A stretch of 64,000 nucleotides of DNA from an uncultured delta proteobacterium (GTDB taxonomy: Bacteria > Desulfobacterota > Desulfobacteria > Desulfobacterales > JAHEIW01). A model generated the notes under the pieces. That model was not told the DNA's origin. It saw only the letters and a list, made by a program, of their open reading frames with translations, and did no database searches. A program made the translations under genes and the position numbers. The DNA lies in the NCBI GenBank assembly GCA_963706575.1, contig CAVPNL010000006.1:128001-192000 (forward strand), written 5' to 3'. Shown one piece after another: positions 29,997 to 40,243 of the stretch (positions within the stretch are counted from its first letter, which is position 1; each line of letters begins with the position of its first letter).

Positions 29997-30623
29997 TCAA
30001 AGGCTTACGCGACGCTCATTGCTGTCCGGATACGGATACTCCATATGCCGGGCCGTAGTCCGAGCGATATGTTCGCCGAGGTATCGGGCAACCACCTTGA
30101 GGGCCATATCGATGCCCGCTGAGATGCCTGCCGATGTCACCACGCGGCCGTCTTCGACGACATGTTTTTGGAATTCCACCGTCACCTCCGGAAAGGCATC
30201 ACGCATCCAGTTCAAAGATCGCCAGTGAGTGGTCGCGTGCCGTCCGTTCAACAGCCCGGCGAATCCCAGCAGCATCGATCCGGTACAAACAGAAGTCAGT
30301 GTTTCGACTTCCGCCGCGCGAGCGCGCAGCCATTCCAGCATGATCGGGTTTTTCAATTCCCTGCGTGTGCCCCAGCCCCCGGGTACAACAAGGATATGCA
30401 GGGGAGGACAGTTCTCAAAAGTGTAATGTGGCATGACTTGCATGTTGCCGGTCGTCGTGACCGGCTCAGGATACTCGGCCACCAACCATACTTCAAAGGG
30501 TGAAGGTTCTTCTCTGCGCATCTCTTCGTTAAGACGGGCGGCGGAAAAAACCTCGAACGGACCACAAAAGTCGAGCACTTCGATGTCTTCAAAAAGAACG
30601 ATCCCAACACGTTTCCTCTCCAA
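29997..30623 (-). CDS. DJ-1/PfpI family protein (InhA-like)
   Basis: EVLDFCGPFEVF, VPGGWG, SVCTG, ATTHW, TSAGISAGID. Confidence 0.92.
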   Translation of the reverse strand: MERKRVGIVLFEDIEVLDFCGPFEVFSAARLNEEMRREEPSPFEVWLVAEYPEPVTTTGNMQVMPHYTFENCPPLHILVVPGGWGTRRELKNPIMLEWLRARAAEVETLTSVCTGSMLLGFAGLLNGRHATTHWRSLNWMRDAFPEVTVEFQKHVVEDGRVVTSAGISAGIDMALKVVARYLGEHIARTTARHMEYPYPDSNERRVSL

Positions 30624-30810
30624 CTGTTTCCCCCTTTCTTTAAGATCGATAAATTGGCGACCTGCACAGCCATTTCGGTCAAATTCGCGTTATGCAGAAG
30701 TATTTCTCTATCTATTAACATCTATGGGTCTCATTTGAAATTAAGAAAGTGACATCGGACAAGAAATATTTGTTTCTGAAATTTATTGCAGAATATCATC
30801 GGCATTGTTA

Positions 30811-30954
30811 AGAAATGGTTTCAAAACCCCATCTAAGGCCCAATGGCTGCGTTGCAGGCCTCCGATAAATGCTCACATACCCACGTATGCTGCGCTTTCT
30901 CGATCGGCCTACGCCTTTCCCTTGAACCTGATCTGAGGTTTTGAAACCATTTCT
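30811..30954. mobile_element. ERIC-like MITE / structured repeat, copy 1
   Basis: 18-bp perfect TIR agaaatggtttcaaaacc; internal gctgcgttg...ctcacatac-loop-gtatgct...cgcctt; homologous to 47652-47808. Confidence 0.75.
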
Positions 30955-31034
30955 AATAATGCAGAGATTCAAGTATCATGCAAGCAAGTGTGAACTTGTG
31001 AATGTTGCCAAACGATGCACACAGGAGGACTGCG

Positions 31035-31922
31035 ATGAGCGAAGCAAACTTCCACGGGGTTTTTCCCTACCTTGTTTCACCCGTTCATGAGACCGGTGAG
31101 GTGAACGCGGAGGTTCTTGCACGCCTGTGCGACGACCTTATCGAGGCTGGCGTTCACGGATTGACACCCCTGGGCTCAACCGGCGAGTTTGCCTATCTCA
31201 CCCGGCCGCAACGGCGGCGCGTCGTTGAAGTGGTCATCGCCGCGGCCAAAGGCCGAGTTCCCGTTGTTGCAGGGGTGGCTTCGACCACGATCGCTGAGGC
31301 CGTTTCCCAGGCACGGGAGTTCGAGAATCTGGGCTGCAGCGGTATCCTCGCAATTCTCGAGGCCTACTTCCCCATCCCCGATGAGGGTGTATTCGCCTAT
31401 TTCAAGGCAATCGCCGAGACGGTCTCGATTCCCGTTGTGCTCTATACCAACCCGAACTTTCAGCGATCGGACCTGAGCCTCTCCGTCATAGACCGGCTGA
31501 GCCGAATTCCCAATATTGACTACATCAAGGACGCGTCCTTCAACACCGGCCGTTTGCTGTCGATTATCAACCGGGTGGAAGGGCGGCTGCAGGTATTTGC
31601 GGCCTCGTCGCATATTCCAACATGTGTAATGCTGATCGGCGGTATCGGCTGGATGGCCGGCCCTGCTTGCGTCGCGCCGAGACAAAGCGTCGAACTCTAC
31701 GAGATTTGCCGGCGCGGCGACTGGGTTACGGCGATGGAACGTCAGCACCCGTTGTGGAATCTGAACCAGGCGTTCGCCAAGTACAATCTCGCCGCGTGCA
31801 TCAAAGGCGGCCTCCAGCTCCAGGGTTATCCCGTCGGCGAGCCCTTGCCGCCGCAGGCACCGCTACCGCCTGAGGGCGTCGAAGACGTAAGGCGTGCGCT
31901 CGCAGCAATCGGGGCTCTATAG
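31035..31922 (+). CDS. DapA/NanA-family aldolase or dehydratase
   Basis: LGSTGEF, VVLYTNP, IKDAS Schiff-base lysine; AGGAGG RBS. Confidence 0.9.
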   Translation: MSEANFHGVFPYLVSPVHETGEVNAEVLARLCDDLIEAGVHGLTPLGSTGEFAYLTRPQRRRVVEVVIAAAKGRVPVVAGVASTTIAEAVSQAREFENLGCSGILAILEAYFPIPDEGVFAYFKAIAETVSIPVVLYTNPNFQRSDLSLSVIDRLSRIPNIDYIKDASFNTGRLLSIINRVEGRLQVFAASSHIPTCVMLIGGIGWMAGPACVAPRQSVELYEICRRGDWVTAMERQHPLWNLNQAFAKYNLAACIKGGLQLQGYPVGEPLPPQAPLPPEGVEDVRRALAAIGAL

Positions 31923-31958
31923 ACGGCTTTTGACAGTTGTTTTTAATACCCGAAATAT

Positions 31959-32804
31959 ATGGTGCGGATGATGGATAAGACCAAAGAAATATCGCAAACA
32001 GATTATATTACAACAGACGTACTCAATCGTATGAGCCTGACCCTTGATTACGATTTAACTTTTAATACTGGGGATATCGTGCCAAAACTCTGGCATTGGT
32101 TGTTTTTTTTACCACATGTCAAAGCTTCCGAAGAGGGGACGGACGGCCATCCTAAAACAGGCGGATTTATCCCGCTTATCGAAGGCCTTGACCGTCGTAT
32201 GTGGGCGGGCAGCCGTTTCTGGTTCCATAATGAGCTGTATGCTTCAAAATATGCCCGAAAAAAATCCAGGGTAGTCAGCGTAACCGAAAAGGAAGGTCGC
32301 AGCGGCAAATTGAGATTTGTGATTGTACGGCATGAGTATTACCAGGATGACCATCACATCCTGTCAGAAGAAAATGACATTGTCTATAAACAGGCACCAA
32401 AATCAGAGACTACGGTTGCGAATGTAAACGCCACTTTAAGTACGCCCACCAAGACGGCACAGTGGTCGGAAACCATTAAACCAAATCCGGTCCTGCTTTT
32501 TAAATATTCAGCACTTACCTTCAATGGCCATCGTATCCATTATGATCGTGACTTTTGTAAAAACAATTTCGGTTTTCCGGGATTGGTCGTCCACGGGCCA
32601 CTCATCGCAACTCTTTTAGTCGAGTTGATAAGAAAAAATATGGCTGATACCAAGGTGTTGGAATATTCATTTCGCGCCAAAGGCCCCATATTTGATTTCC
32701 AAGCCTTTAAAATAGAAGGGCGCCAAGAAGGAGATATCGTTTCACTTTGGGCGGTAAATGATAGCGGTCTTGAAACGATGTCCGCTCGTGCCAAGATCAT
32801 ATAG
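31959..32804 (+). CDS. MaoC/HTD2-type double hot-dog hydratase (mesaconyl-C4/itaconyl-CoA hydratase-like)
   Basis: LWHWLFF, DGHP..GGF, RRMWAG, FKYSALTFNGHRIHYD, GLVVHGPL. Confidence 0.88.
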   Translation: MVRMMDKTKEISQTDYITTDVLNRMSLTLDYDLTFNTGDIVPKLWHWLFFLPHVKASEEGTDGHPKTGGFIPLIEGLDRRMWAGSRFWFHNELYASKYARKKSRVVSVTEKEGRSGKLRFVIVRHEYYQDDHHILSEENDIVYKQAPKSETTVANVNATLSTPTKTAQWSETIKPNPVLLFKYSALTFNGHRIHYDRDFCKNNFGFPGLVVHGPLIATLLVELIRKNMADTKVLEYSFRAKGPIFDFQAFKIEGRQEGDIVSLWAVNDSGLETMSARAKII

Positions 32805-32833
32805 CCCGTTGAAAATAAATCAAATGGATTGTT

Positions 32834-33874
32834 TTAGGTGAGTCTACCGACCGTTAATTGGTCTTGCGCTAAAGCATCATTTGGTATTATCGCAATAGAT
32901 TCAAAACCAAATTTTTTCTTCAGAATTTCAATATTTCTGTTTCGCAATCCCCTTAATTTAGAAACATTGCTTGGGTTGGTACGAATTGAAATTGATTCCG
33001 TATTTAGCGCCGACGATTCAATTTGCGCCACCGCCATATCCAGGAAAATTTCAGAATAAACCAGATGGCCGAAGGCCGGGTGATAGGGGCCGGCCAAGAT
33101 TGTGGAGCCGTTCTCTAAATCCTCCGATGCCTGGAGGCCCATCCGAATCACCGAAATGTTTTTATTTTTAAAAAGCAGGTACAGATCCTTTACCTGCCTT
33201 ACAGCTTCTTCGAGACTCAAGGGACCATAATTGCCTTTTTTGTACCAGGCCGCAAGGGGGCTGCCTGCCAGAACCAGTGTCGGATAGATGCGGATAAAAT
33301 GCGGTTTCAGCCGGACGACCCGTTTGGCAGAGGCGATCGATCGCTCAGGCGTATCTCCCGGCAGGCCGACCATTAATTGTACGCCGACTTCGTAGTTTAA
33401 TTTTTTGAGGAGCTGAATGGCCTTTTCTGTATCTTCTGCGCTGTGACCGCGTTTTGTGTCCGACAATACCCGTTCATCCATTGATTGGACACCCAGTTCA
33501 ATGGTTTTTACGGGAAAATCTTTAATCCAATCTAACCGCTGAGAGTCAATGGTATCCGGCCGGGTCGAGAAACGGATGTTGTTTACCCGTCCGGTCATTA
33601 CATATTCAGCGGCTTCAGCCAGCAGCCGTTTGATTTTATCTGCCGGCATTCCGAGAAAATTTCCGCCGAAAAAAGCTATCTGGACCCTGTTGCGGCGAGC
33701 GGTTTTAAACTTTAAAAATGCTTCGATCTGATCGCGGATATCCTTTGGCGGTCTCTTTGGAGGAACGCCGGTAATTGAAGACTGGTCGCAGAAGATGCAT
33801 CGGTGAGGGCAGCCGGCGTGAGGCAGAAAAATGGGGATAATAAAATGCTTATGTGAGTTGGGTTTTGCAGTCAA
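32834..33874 (-). CDS. Elp3/YhcC-like radical SAM protein
   Basis: CPHRCIFC, FFGGNF, STRPD, ELGVQS, AGPYHPAFG; typical neighbour of rnc. Confidence 0.9.
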   Translation of the reverse strand: MTAKPNSHKHFIIPIFLPHAGCPHRCIFCDQSSITGVPPKRPPKDIRDQIEAFLKFKTARRNRVQIAFFGGNFLGMPADKIKRLLAEAAEYVMTGRVNNIRFSTRPDTIDSQRLDWIKDFPVKTIELGVQSMDERVLSDTKRGHSAEDTEKAIQLLKKLNYEVGVQLMVGLPGDTPERSIASAKRVVRLKPHFIRIYPTLVLAGSPLAAWYKKGNYGPLSLEEAVRQVKDLYLLFKNKNISVIRMGLQASEDLENGSTILAGPYHPAFGHLVYSEIFLDMAVAQIESSALNTESISIRTNPSNVSKLRGLRNRNIEILKKKFGFESIAIIPNDALAQDQLTVGRLT

Positions 33875-33889
33875 ATCGTTATCCCGGAA

Positions 33890-34132
33890 GCATGTTTTAT
33901 GGAAGGCGTTAAGAGCGCTGCGCTATGAGGAGCGTTTCACTCTAAGAGTATCCCGCTCGCAGCGGGATTTGATTCAATTGACTGGAGTACAAATGGTTAT
34001 TAACAAGATCTGTTGGACGGATTTTCTTTATTGCCTCAAGCCCGGCAGGGCGCTCCTAAAAGCCCGAAGGGCTGCTCATCGAACGCAGTGCTCCTCAAGC
34101 GGAGCGCTCCTTAAATCCCACCGAGGGAATGC
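33890..34132 (-). other. Structured intergenic element between rnc and the radical SAM gene
   Basis: Long-range pairing gagcgctgcg/cgcagtgctc, hairpins atcccgct/agcgggat and agccc-gaa-gggct (cUUCGg on the minus strand). Confidence 0.5.
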
Positions 34133-34834
34133 TCATTGAGATTCTTTGTTTAGAATCTCAAGCGCTTGATGGGCCGCATCCTGTTCTGCTGTTTTTTTGC
34201 TTTTGCCCGTGCCTTCCGTTTCAATATCAAAAACCTTTACGGAAACCCAGAAGGTTTTATCGTGATCCGGCCCTTCCTCACGAACGACTTTATAATACGG
34301 TATTTCACCGTGATTTTCCTGAACCAATTCCTGCAGCCGGCTTTTGAAATCATAACTGTCGATAGCCGAGTGAATCTGATCCAGAAAGGGAACAAAATTA
34401 TTTTCTATTATTTCAAAGGCAACTTTAAAACCGCCATCCAGATAAACAGCGGCCATCAATGCCTCAAAAGCTCCCGCTAAAATCGAGTTTTTCTCTATGC
34501 CGTTGGTTTGAATTTCACCCTTGCCCAGTTGAAGGCCTGCACCCAGGTCGATGGAGCGTGCCATAATGGCCAGATGGGTTTCATTGACCAGATTGGCCCG
34601 GGTTCTTGAAAGGTCACCCTCTTTTAAGTGCGGGTAGCGTTCCATTAAAATATGGCCGACGATGAGATTTAATACGGCATCGCCGAGGAACTCAAAGCGT
34701 TCATTGTCCCGCAACTCCGAGTCCGGCTGTTCATTGACATAAGAGCTGTGCCTTAAGGCTTCATCCAGCAGGTCTCTTGACTGAAATTGATATCCAAGCT
34801 TTTGTTCGATAGTGAGCTGATTGGCGTTAACCAT
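34133..34834 (-). CDS. rnc: Ribonuclease III
   Basis: NERFEFLGDAVL signature, dsRBD KSRLQE...GPDH...GKSKKTAEQ. Confidence 0.97.
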   Translation of the reverse strand: MVNANQLTIEQKLGYQFQSRDLLDEALRHSSYVNEQPDSELRDNERFEFLGDAVLNLIVGHILMERYPHLKEGDLSRTRANLVNETHLAIMARSIDLGAGLQLGKGEIQTNGIEKNSILAGAFEALMAAVYLDGGFKVAFEIIENNFVPFLDQIHSAIDSYDFKSRLQELVQENHGEIPYYKVVREEGPDHDKTFWVSVKVFDIETEGTGKSKKTAEQDAAHQALEILNKESQ

Positions 34835-34842
34835 AAAAGATC

Positions 34843-35724
34843 CTATGTTTGGGCCTGGGCTCCAAGTAATTTTTCATACAGCAAATACGGAACAAACAGT
34901 GTACCTTTTCCTGTTCCCATTTTTATTTGAGGCGTTATGGTTCCGTGAAAATCTGTGCCGCCGGTCATCAACAGGCCGAACTTTCTGGCCAGTTGCGTGT
35001 ATTGCCGTATTTGTTGAGGTGAATGTCCGGGATAATATACCTCTAATCCTGCGAGGCCTATTTTCTTTAAATTTTGCAGGAGCGCATCTAATTTTTGATC
35101 ATTTTCAATATTCAAAAGCGCCGGGTGTGCCAGAACAGGGACGCCCCCGGCCGCCCTGATGATGTGAATCGCCTGTTCACATTCAATGCGATACTTATCC
35201 ACATACGCCGGCCCGTTTGTCCCCAGATATTTGTCAAATGCTTCGTCGATGGATGCCACAAAGCCTTTTTTCACCATGGCATAGGCAATATGGGGTCTGC
35301 CCAGCTGGCCTTCTCCAACCTCCTGATTGACTTCTGCCAAAGAAATCTGGAATCCTAATTTATTTAAACGTTTTAAAATTGAGGGGTTACGATTTTTTCT
35401 GGCATCTTGGAGTTTGTTCAGCGCTTGATTTAAGCCGCGATTATCAAGGTGGATATTATAGCCCAAAATATGAAAACTTCCAGAGCCGGGGAAAAATGGG
35501 GGATGTGCCGCGCTGATCTCGACCCCGGTTAGAAAGTTTAAAGAAGGCGGTATGCCGATCCGCAGCGCCTCCCTTGATCCGTCTATGGAGTCGTGATCCG
35601 TTATTGCGATTGCGGCGAGGTTGAGCTTTCGGGCGTGGTCGAGGATTTCTGCTGCTGTAAAGGATCCATCTGAGGCGGTTGAATGTATGTGGAGGTCTAT
35701 GCCCAGATGATGATTACAATCCAA
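34843..35724 (-). CDS. PHP-domain phosphoesterase (TrpH/YciV-like)
   Basis: DLHIHSTASDG, ITDHD, GVEIS, HILGY, LAHP, TGGTDFHG. Confidence 0.92.
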   Translation of the reverse strand: MDCNHHLGIDLHIHSTASDGSFTAAEILDHARKLNLAAIAITDHDSIDGSREALRIGIPPSLNFLTGVEISAAHPPFFPGSGSFHILGYNIHLDNRGLNQALNKLQDARKNRNPSILKRLNKLGFQISLAEVNQEVGEGQLGRPHIAYAMVKKGFVASIDEAFDKYLGTNGPAYVDKYRIECEQAIHIIRAAGGVPVLAHPALLNIENDQKLDALLQNLKKIGLAGLEVYYPGHSPQQIRQYTQLARKFGLLMTGGTDFHGTITPQIKMGTGKGTLFVPYLLYEKLLGAQAQT

Positions 35725-36076
35725 GAGCCTTTTCCAATGCCTCCTCTTTGGATTTACAATCGATGCATTGAGTTGTGACCGGCCGGGCTTTTAGCCGTTT
35801 CAACGAGATATCTTCTCCGCAGGATTCACAAATTCCGTAAGTGTCATTTTCGATACGGCCAATGGCCTGTTTAATTTTTTTAATCAGTTTATGTTCTCTG
35901 TCCCGAATTCGAAGCATAAAATTACGGTCGGCCTCAAGGGCGGCACGATCTGTCGGGTCCGGAAAATTTTCTTTCGGCACGGTCATGCCCGACACCGTGT
36001 CACCAGCCTGGTTTAAAAGCTCTTCCAGCCAGTTTGTCAGCAATTTTTTGAAATTTTCTTTATCTTTCTTTTTCAT
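35714..36076 (-). CDS. dksA: RNA polymerase-binding protein DksA
   Basis: PDPTDRA coiled-coil tip, C4 zinc finger CESC...CIDC. Confidence 0.95.
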   Translation of the reverse strand: MKKKDKENFKKLLTNWLEELLNQAGDTVSGMTVPKENFPDPTDRAALEADRNFMLRIRDREHKLIKKIKQAIGRIENDTYGICESCGEDISLKRLKARPVTTQCIDCKSKEEALEKALGL

Positions 36077-36612
36077 AACGAAACCCCTAGCCTGTATCCT
36101 CTCTAAATAAATACGGTCTTTCAAAAATTGCACTAACTAACACAACTCAATTTACCTGTAAAGCATTAATTGTGGCTTTTTCATTTTTTGTGGAATGATA
36201 ATATCTTGCCCATGCTGCGATAATATATAACCTAAAAATTTTAAATCAATATTTTAGCGTCGATTATAGCATTCATCTGCACCTGGATCAATTCGTACCG
36301 AAACTGCATCGCAAAAAATAGTCTCATTCGTCACCGATCATAATTCGGAGCCGGTAACTGAGAGTAGAATAAATTATCAATTATTACAAATTGTTATTAG
36401 TATTCTTAGTAAAACCTCAGGATTATATTATATCGGTTTGATTATACCAGAACTTTAGAACCGGTTTCAACACCTTCATTTCTCCCTCTCACCGCTTTGC
36501 ATTTTGGTAAGTTCTTAAGATTTCCGTCTAAATTGCCGATATAAGGATATAAATAGACTCAAAAACCACAAAGACACCAAGAATACAAAAAATAACTGGG
36601 GAGTCTAAGATT

Positions 36613-36846
36613 ATGAATAGCCCAAACTACCAGAACACCGAGTATCGATCCATAACCATCAAAACCACGGACGGTTCTACCATTCACGGCAAGGTCAATC
36701 TGGCTTACAAACAGAGGGTTTCGGATTTATTTACAAAATGTACCACACCATTTTTGATCATGGTTGAGGTGATGTCAAAGGAGAGCAAAGGCAAGGTCAT
36801 GTTTATCAATAAAGAGCACATCGTGTGGGCCGAACCGGAAGAGTAG
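36613..36846 (+). CDS. Small conserved-looking hypothetical protein
   Basis: GGGAG RBS; TTDGSTIHGKVNL...RVSDLF...FINKEHIVWAEP. Confidence 0.7.
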   Translation: MNSPNYQNTEYRSITIKTTDGSTIHGKVNLAYKQRVSDLFTKCTTPFLIMVEVMSKESKGKVMFINKEHIVWAEPEE

Positions 36847-36934
36847 AGCCAAAGCAGTCGGCAGTAACCCATGGCCACGGGGGTGATTGTTGATAAAATA
36901 TATGACTTTTTCCACTTAGCAAATACCCCATGAG

Positions 36935-37873
36935 CTATATGTTTTCATTCATAAACTTTTCAAGTTGTTTCATAGTGCTGATATTGTAGACTCTTGCCGG
37001 GGAATCAGATGGTAAGGTCTTTTTTAGCAAACCCGCCAGGACCCTTCCCGGACCAACCTCCACAAAGGTTTCCGCTTGATCATCCATTAGCCTAACCATG
37101 GAATCATACCACTTCACCGGGTTGCATAGCTGCCGCCCCATCATGTCTTTGATCTCATCCGCCTCGCTGGAGGTATCTGCAGAAACATTAAAGATTATGG
37201 ATTTTTCAGGTGGATTGAAACTGATTTGGGCTAAAACCGCTTTGAACTCCTCTTCAGCCCCCTTTATGAGGTCACTATGCCAGGCGCCGCTGACTTTCAG
37301 CGGTATGGCCTTGGCGCCCTTTTGCACCGCCAGTCCGGAGACTTTTTCGACCGGCTGCGGTGAACCGGTGATCACAATCTGAAGCTCGCTGTTGTGGTTG
37401 GCCACCGATACAACGCCTTGCGGCTGAACTTCGGCAACAAGATCGTCGACTTCAGCAATCGGCAATCCGATGATGGCATGCATCGCACCCTTGTACTTTG
37501 TAGATTCGCGGTGCATGAGCTCACCTCTTTTATATACCAGCATGATGGTGTCTTCAGCGGATATAGCGCCGGCGGCATTAAGGGCACTGTATTCGCCCAG
37601 GCTGTGGCCGGCACAAAAATCATAGTCGATGCCCTCTTTTTTTAGAACCGCCAGACAGGCCAGGTTAACGGTTGTGACGGCCGGCTGGAGATTAACGGTC
37701 CGGGTCAATTCTTCCATGGGGCCCTGAAAACAAAATTTGGAGATATTCATTTTGGCCGTTTCTTCGGCCATATCAAAAATTTCGCGCACCACATCGTATT
37801 CCTGATAAAATTCCTGCCCCATACCCACATTCTGAGAGCCCTGACCGGGAAAAAGAAATGCTGTTTTGCTCAT
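36935..37873 (-). CDS. fabD: Malonyl-CoA:ACP transacylase
   Basis: FPGQGSQ, GHSLGEY, VSGAWHS, EVGPG; GGAGG RBS. Confidence 0.96.
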   Translation of the reverse strand: MSKTAFLFPGQGSQNVGMGQEFYQEYDVVREIFDMAEETAKMNISKFCFQGPMEELTRTVNLQPAVTTVNLACLAVLKKEGIDYDFCAGHSLGEYSALNAAGAISAEDTIMLVYKRGELMHRESTKYKGAMHAIIGLPIAEVDDLVAEVQPQGVVSVANHNSELQIVITGSPQPVEKVSGLAVQKGAKAIPLKVSGAWHSDLIKGAEEEFKAVLAQISFNPPEKSIIFNVSADTSSEADEIKDMMGRQLCNPVKWYDSMVRLMDDQAETFVEVGPGRVLAGLLKKTLPSDSPARVYNISTMKQLEKFMNENI

Positions 37874-37892
37874 AATAAATCCTCCGGATTTA

Positions 37893-39158
37893 TTATTCAT
37901 CCAGTTTAAACATTTTTCTGACCGTATCGATGTAAAAAGATTTATCTTCACGCATGCCGTTACTTTTCAAAAACCGGGTGGGATCGTGCAAAATTTTGTT
38001 AATCAGCGAATCCGCCATTTTGTGAAGCGCAGTTGCATCCTGTTCAGAGATGATGCTGGATTGCAGGGTTTTTTTCAGTTCCGCCGCAGCAATGGATTCC
38101 ATTTTGTTTCGCAGGGCGACAATCGTTGGAACCACATCCAGGCCTTCATACCATTCATGGAACCGAATAACGGCCTCATCAACGATGCGCTCGCCCTTAA
38201 TCGCCTCTTTCTGGCGATCTTCAACGTTTTCGTCAATCACCCCTTTTAGGTCATCGATGTCATAAACATAGGTATTGTTAAGGCGATTGATTTCCGGATC
38301 AATGTCCCGGGGGACCGCAATGTCGATAAAAAATAAAGGTCGATTCCTACGTTTGCGCAACACCCCTTTAACCTGATCGCGTTGGATCACATAATCGGGG
38401 GCGCCGGTCGAACTGATAATGATGTCCACCGTTTTTAAACTCTCCGGGATCTCCTCGAATCGAATGGCCTGACCCTTGAATTGTTTGGCCAGTTCAACAC
38501 CCTTTTCAAAGGTCCGGTTGGCGACCCATACCTTGACGGCCCTGTTGCGGATGAGGTGCTCAACCGCCAGTTCAGCCATTTCTCCGGCGCCGATGAGCAT
38601 AACCGTTTTGTCCGCCAGCACCCCAAAAATTTTGCGGGCGAGCTCAACGGCGGCATAGCTGATGGAAACAGCGCGATCACCGATGCCGGTTTCAGTGCGG
38701 ATTCTTTTGGCGACAAAAAAGGTGCGGTGCAGCAGGCGATTTAAAATGACACCGGAGGTTTTTTCGTCGGTGGCGGTTCGGTAGGCTTCTTTTACCTGGC
38801 CCAGAATCTGAGGCTCACCGACCACCATTGAATCCAGACTCGAGGCCACGCGGAACAAATGACGCACCGCATCATCGCCATCATGGATATAAAGGGCATC
38901 TTCAAATTTTTCCAACGGTATCTTATTGAATTCGGCGATAAACCCTTTGGTCTCTTCAACTGCCCGGGCCTTGTCATCGGTCACCAATAATATTTCCACC
39001 CGATTGCAGGTTGAAAAAAGCAGCGCTTCTTTGATGAAAGATTTCCCCAGAAGCGAATGCAGAGCCGTTTTGGTCTCATCCTCCGCAAAGGCGATACACT
39101 CCCTGACTTCAACGGAAGCGGTCTTGTGATTTATGCCCAGTAATATGATGTCCAACAT
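37893..39158 (-). CDS. hemA: Glutamyl-tRNA reductase
   Basis: GINHKTA, STCNRVE, SLDSMVVGEPQILGQ, GAGEM, DIAVPRD. Confidence 0.97.
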   Translation of the reverse strand: MLDIILLGINHKTASVEVRECIAFAEDETKTALHSLLGKSFIKEALLFSTCNRVEILLVTDDKARAVEETKGFIAEFNKIPLEKFEDALYIHDGDDAVRHLFRVASSLDSMVVGEPQILGQVKEAYRTATDEKTSGVILNRLLHRTFFVAKRIRTETGIGDRAVSISYAAVELARKIFGVLADKTVMLIGAGEMAELAVEHLIRNRAVKVWVANRTFEKGVELAKQFKGQAIRFEEIPESLKTVDIIISSTGAPDYVIQRDQVKGVLRKRRNRPLFFIDIAVPRDIDPEINRLNNTYVYDIDDLKGVIDENVEDRQKEAIKGERIVDEAVIRFHEWYEGLDVVPTIVALRNKMESIAAAELKKTLQSSIISEQDATALHKMADSLINKILHDPTRFLKSNGMREDKSFYIDTVRKMFKLDE

Positions 39159-39200
39159 GACTACACTTGTTATTTATAAAATCTATAAAACCCTTTAAAT

Positions 39201-39277
39201 GCATAGCGCAAAGGGCAAAGGGCATAGGGTAAAGAGCAGGGAGAAAAACCGCCATGCTCTATGCCCATGCGCTTTGC
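39201..39277. repeat. Short-period palindrome (7-nt unit GCA(A/T)AG(G/A))
   Basis: gcatagcgcaaagggcaaagggcatagggtaaagagc ... ccatgctctatgcccatgcgctttgc. Confidence 0.75.
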
Positions 39278-40098
39278 TAAAATCGGGTAAACACGCCATG
39301 ATGTCCTGTCATCAGAAGGTTTACGCCTAAAAAGGTAAATATCAACACCCCGAAGCCGATGATGGCCATAATGGCGGAGCGTCGCCCCCGCCATCCCACC
39401 GTCAGCCTTTCGTGCAGCAGGACCGCATAAAACAGCCAGGTAATTCCGGCCCAGACCTCTTTGGGATCCCAGCTCCAGAATCGGCCCCAGACTGCTTTGG
39501 CGTAAACAAAGCCGGTTATCAGGCCCAGGGTGAGCATGGTAAAGCCCACGACGATGCAAACATATCCGATGTTATCCAGCATTTCTAAAGACGGCAGACG
39601 TTTAAAGAAGAATCGATGTTTTTTTGTTTTAATTTCATTTTCCTGCAGCAAATAAAGCACACCCAGCCCGCAAGCCAGAGCAAAGCCGGCTTCACCGATG
39701 AAGATGACCGTCACGTGACTCATCAGCCAGAAGCTTTTAAAGATTTTGGTTGTCTGGGCCGGCTCATTGGGAAGTCCTGAGGCGATTAACATGATCAGGG
39801 CCAGGATTGGCGCTGCAAAAATTCCCAAAATTTTTAAGTTAAATTTTAATTGAATTGCCAGAAAGACGCCGGCCATTGCCCATGCGGCAAAAGAAAGCGT
39901 TTCATGCATATTGCTGACCGGTATGTGTCCGGCTTTGATAAAGCCGTAAACGATGGTCAGGGTATGAAACAAAAATCCGATCAGCAGCAGAAAGTACCCG
40001 GCACGTTGCAGATAGTCCTTCTGCGTGAAAAGATATGCAAAATAGCCGGCGCTGCTGAGCAAATATAAAATAATGCTAACGAAGATGATGGATTCCAT
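39277..40098 (-). CDS. ccsA: Cytochrome c biogenesis protein CcsA/CcsB (HemX-like)
   Basis: WSWDPKE WWD motif, multiple TMs, lies in a sirC-ccsA-hemA operon. Confidence 0.9.
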   Translation of the reverse strand: MESIIFVSIILYLLSSAGYFAYLFTQKDYLQRAGYFLLLIGFLFHTLTIVYGFIKAGHIPVSNMHETLSFAAWAMAGVFLAIQLKFNLKILGIFAAPILALIMLIASGLPNEPAQTTKIFKSFWLMSHVTVIFIGEAGFALACGLGVLYLLQENEIKTKKHRFFFKRLPSLEMLDNIGYVCIVVGFTMLTLGLITGFVYAKAVWGRFWSWDPKEVWAGITWLFYAVLLHERLTVGWRGRRSAIMAIIGFGVLIFTFLGVNLLMTGHHGVFTRF

Positions 40099-40112
40099 GA
40101 ATACTCCGATTC

Positions 40113-40220
40113 AGGTTGGCCTGTTTAGCCCGTTGAGCCCCTTGGCCCGTTTAAATTGGAAAAGATCTTTATTTTATTTTTTTTAACCGGCAAACGGGCT
40201 CAACGAGCAAACAGAACAAG
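40113..40220. repeat. Short-period palindrome (8-9-nt unit GCCCGTT(T/G)A)
   Basis: ggttggcctgtttagcccgttgagccc...gcccgttt / aaccggcaaacgggctcaacgagcaaac. Confidence 0.7.
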
Positions 40221-40243
40221 GCGCACAACCTATAAGCGATAGC

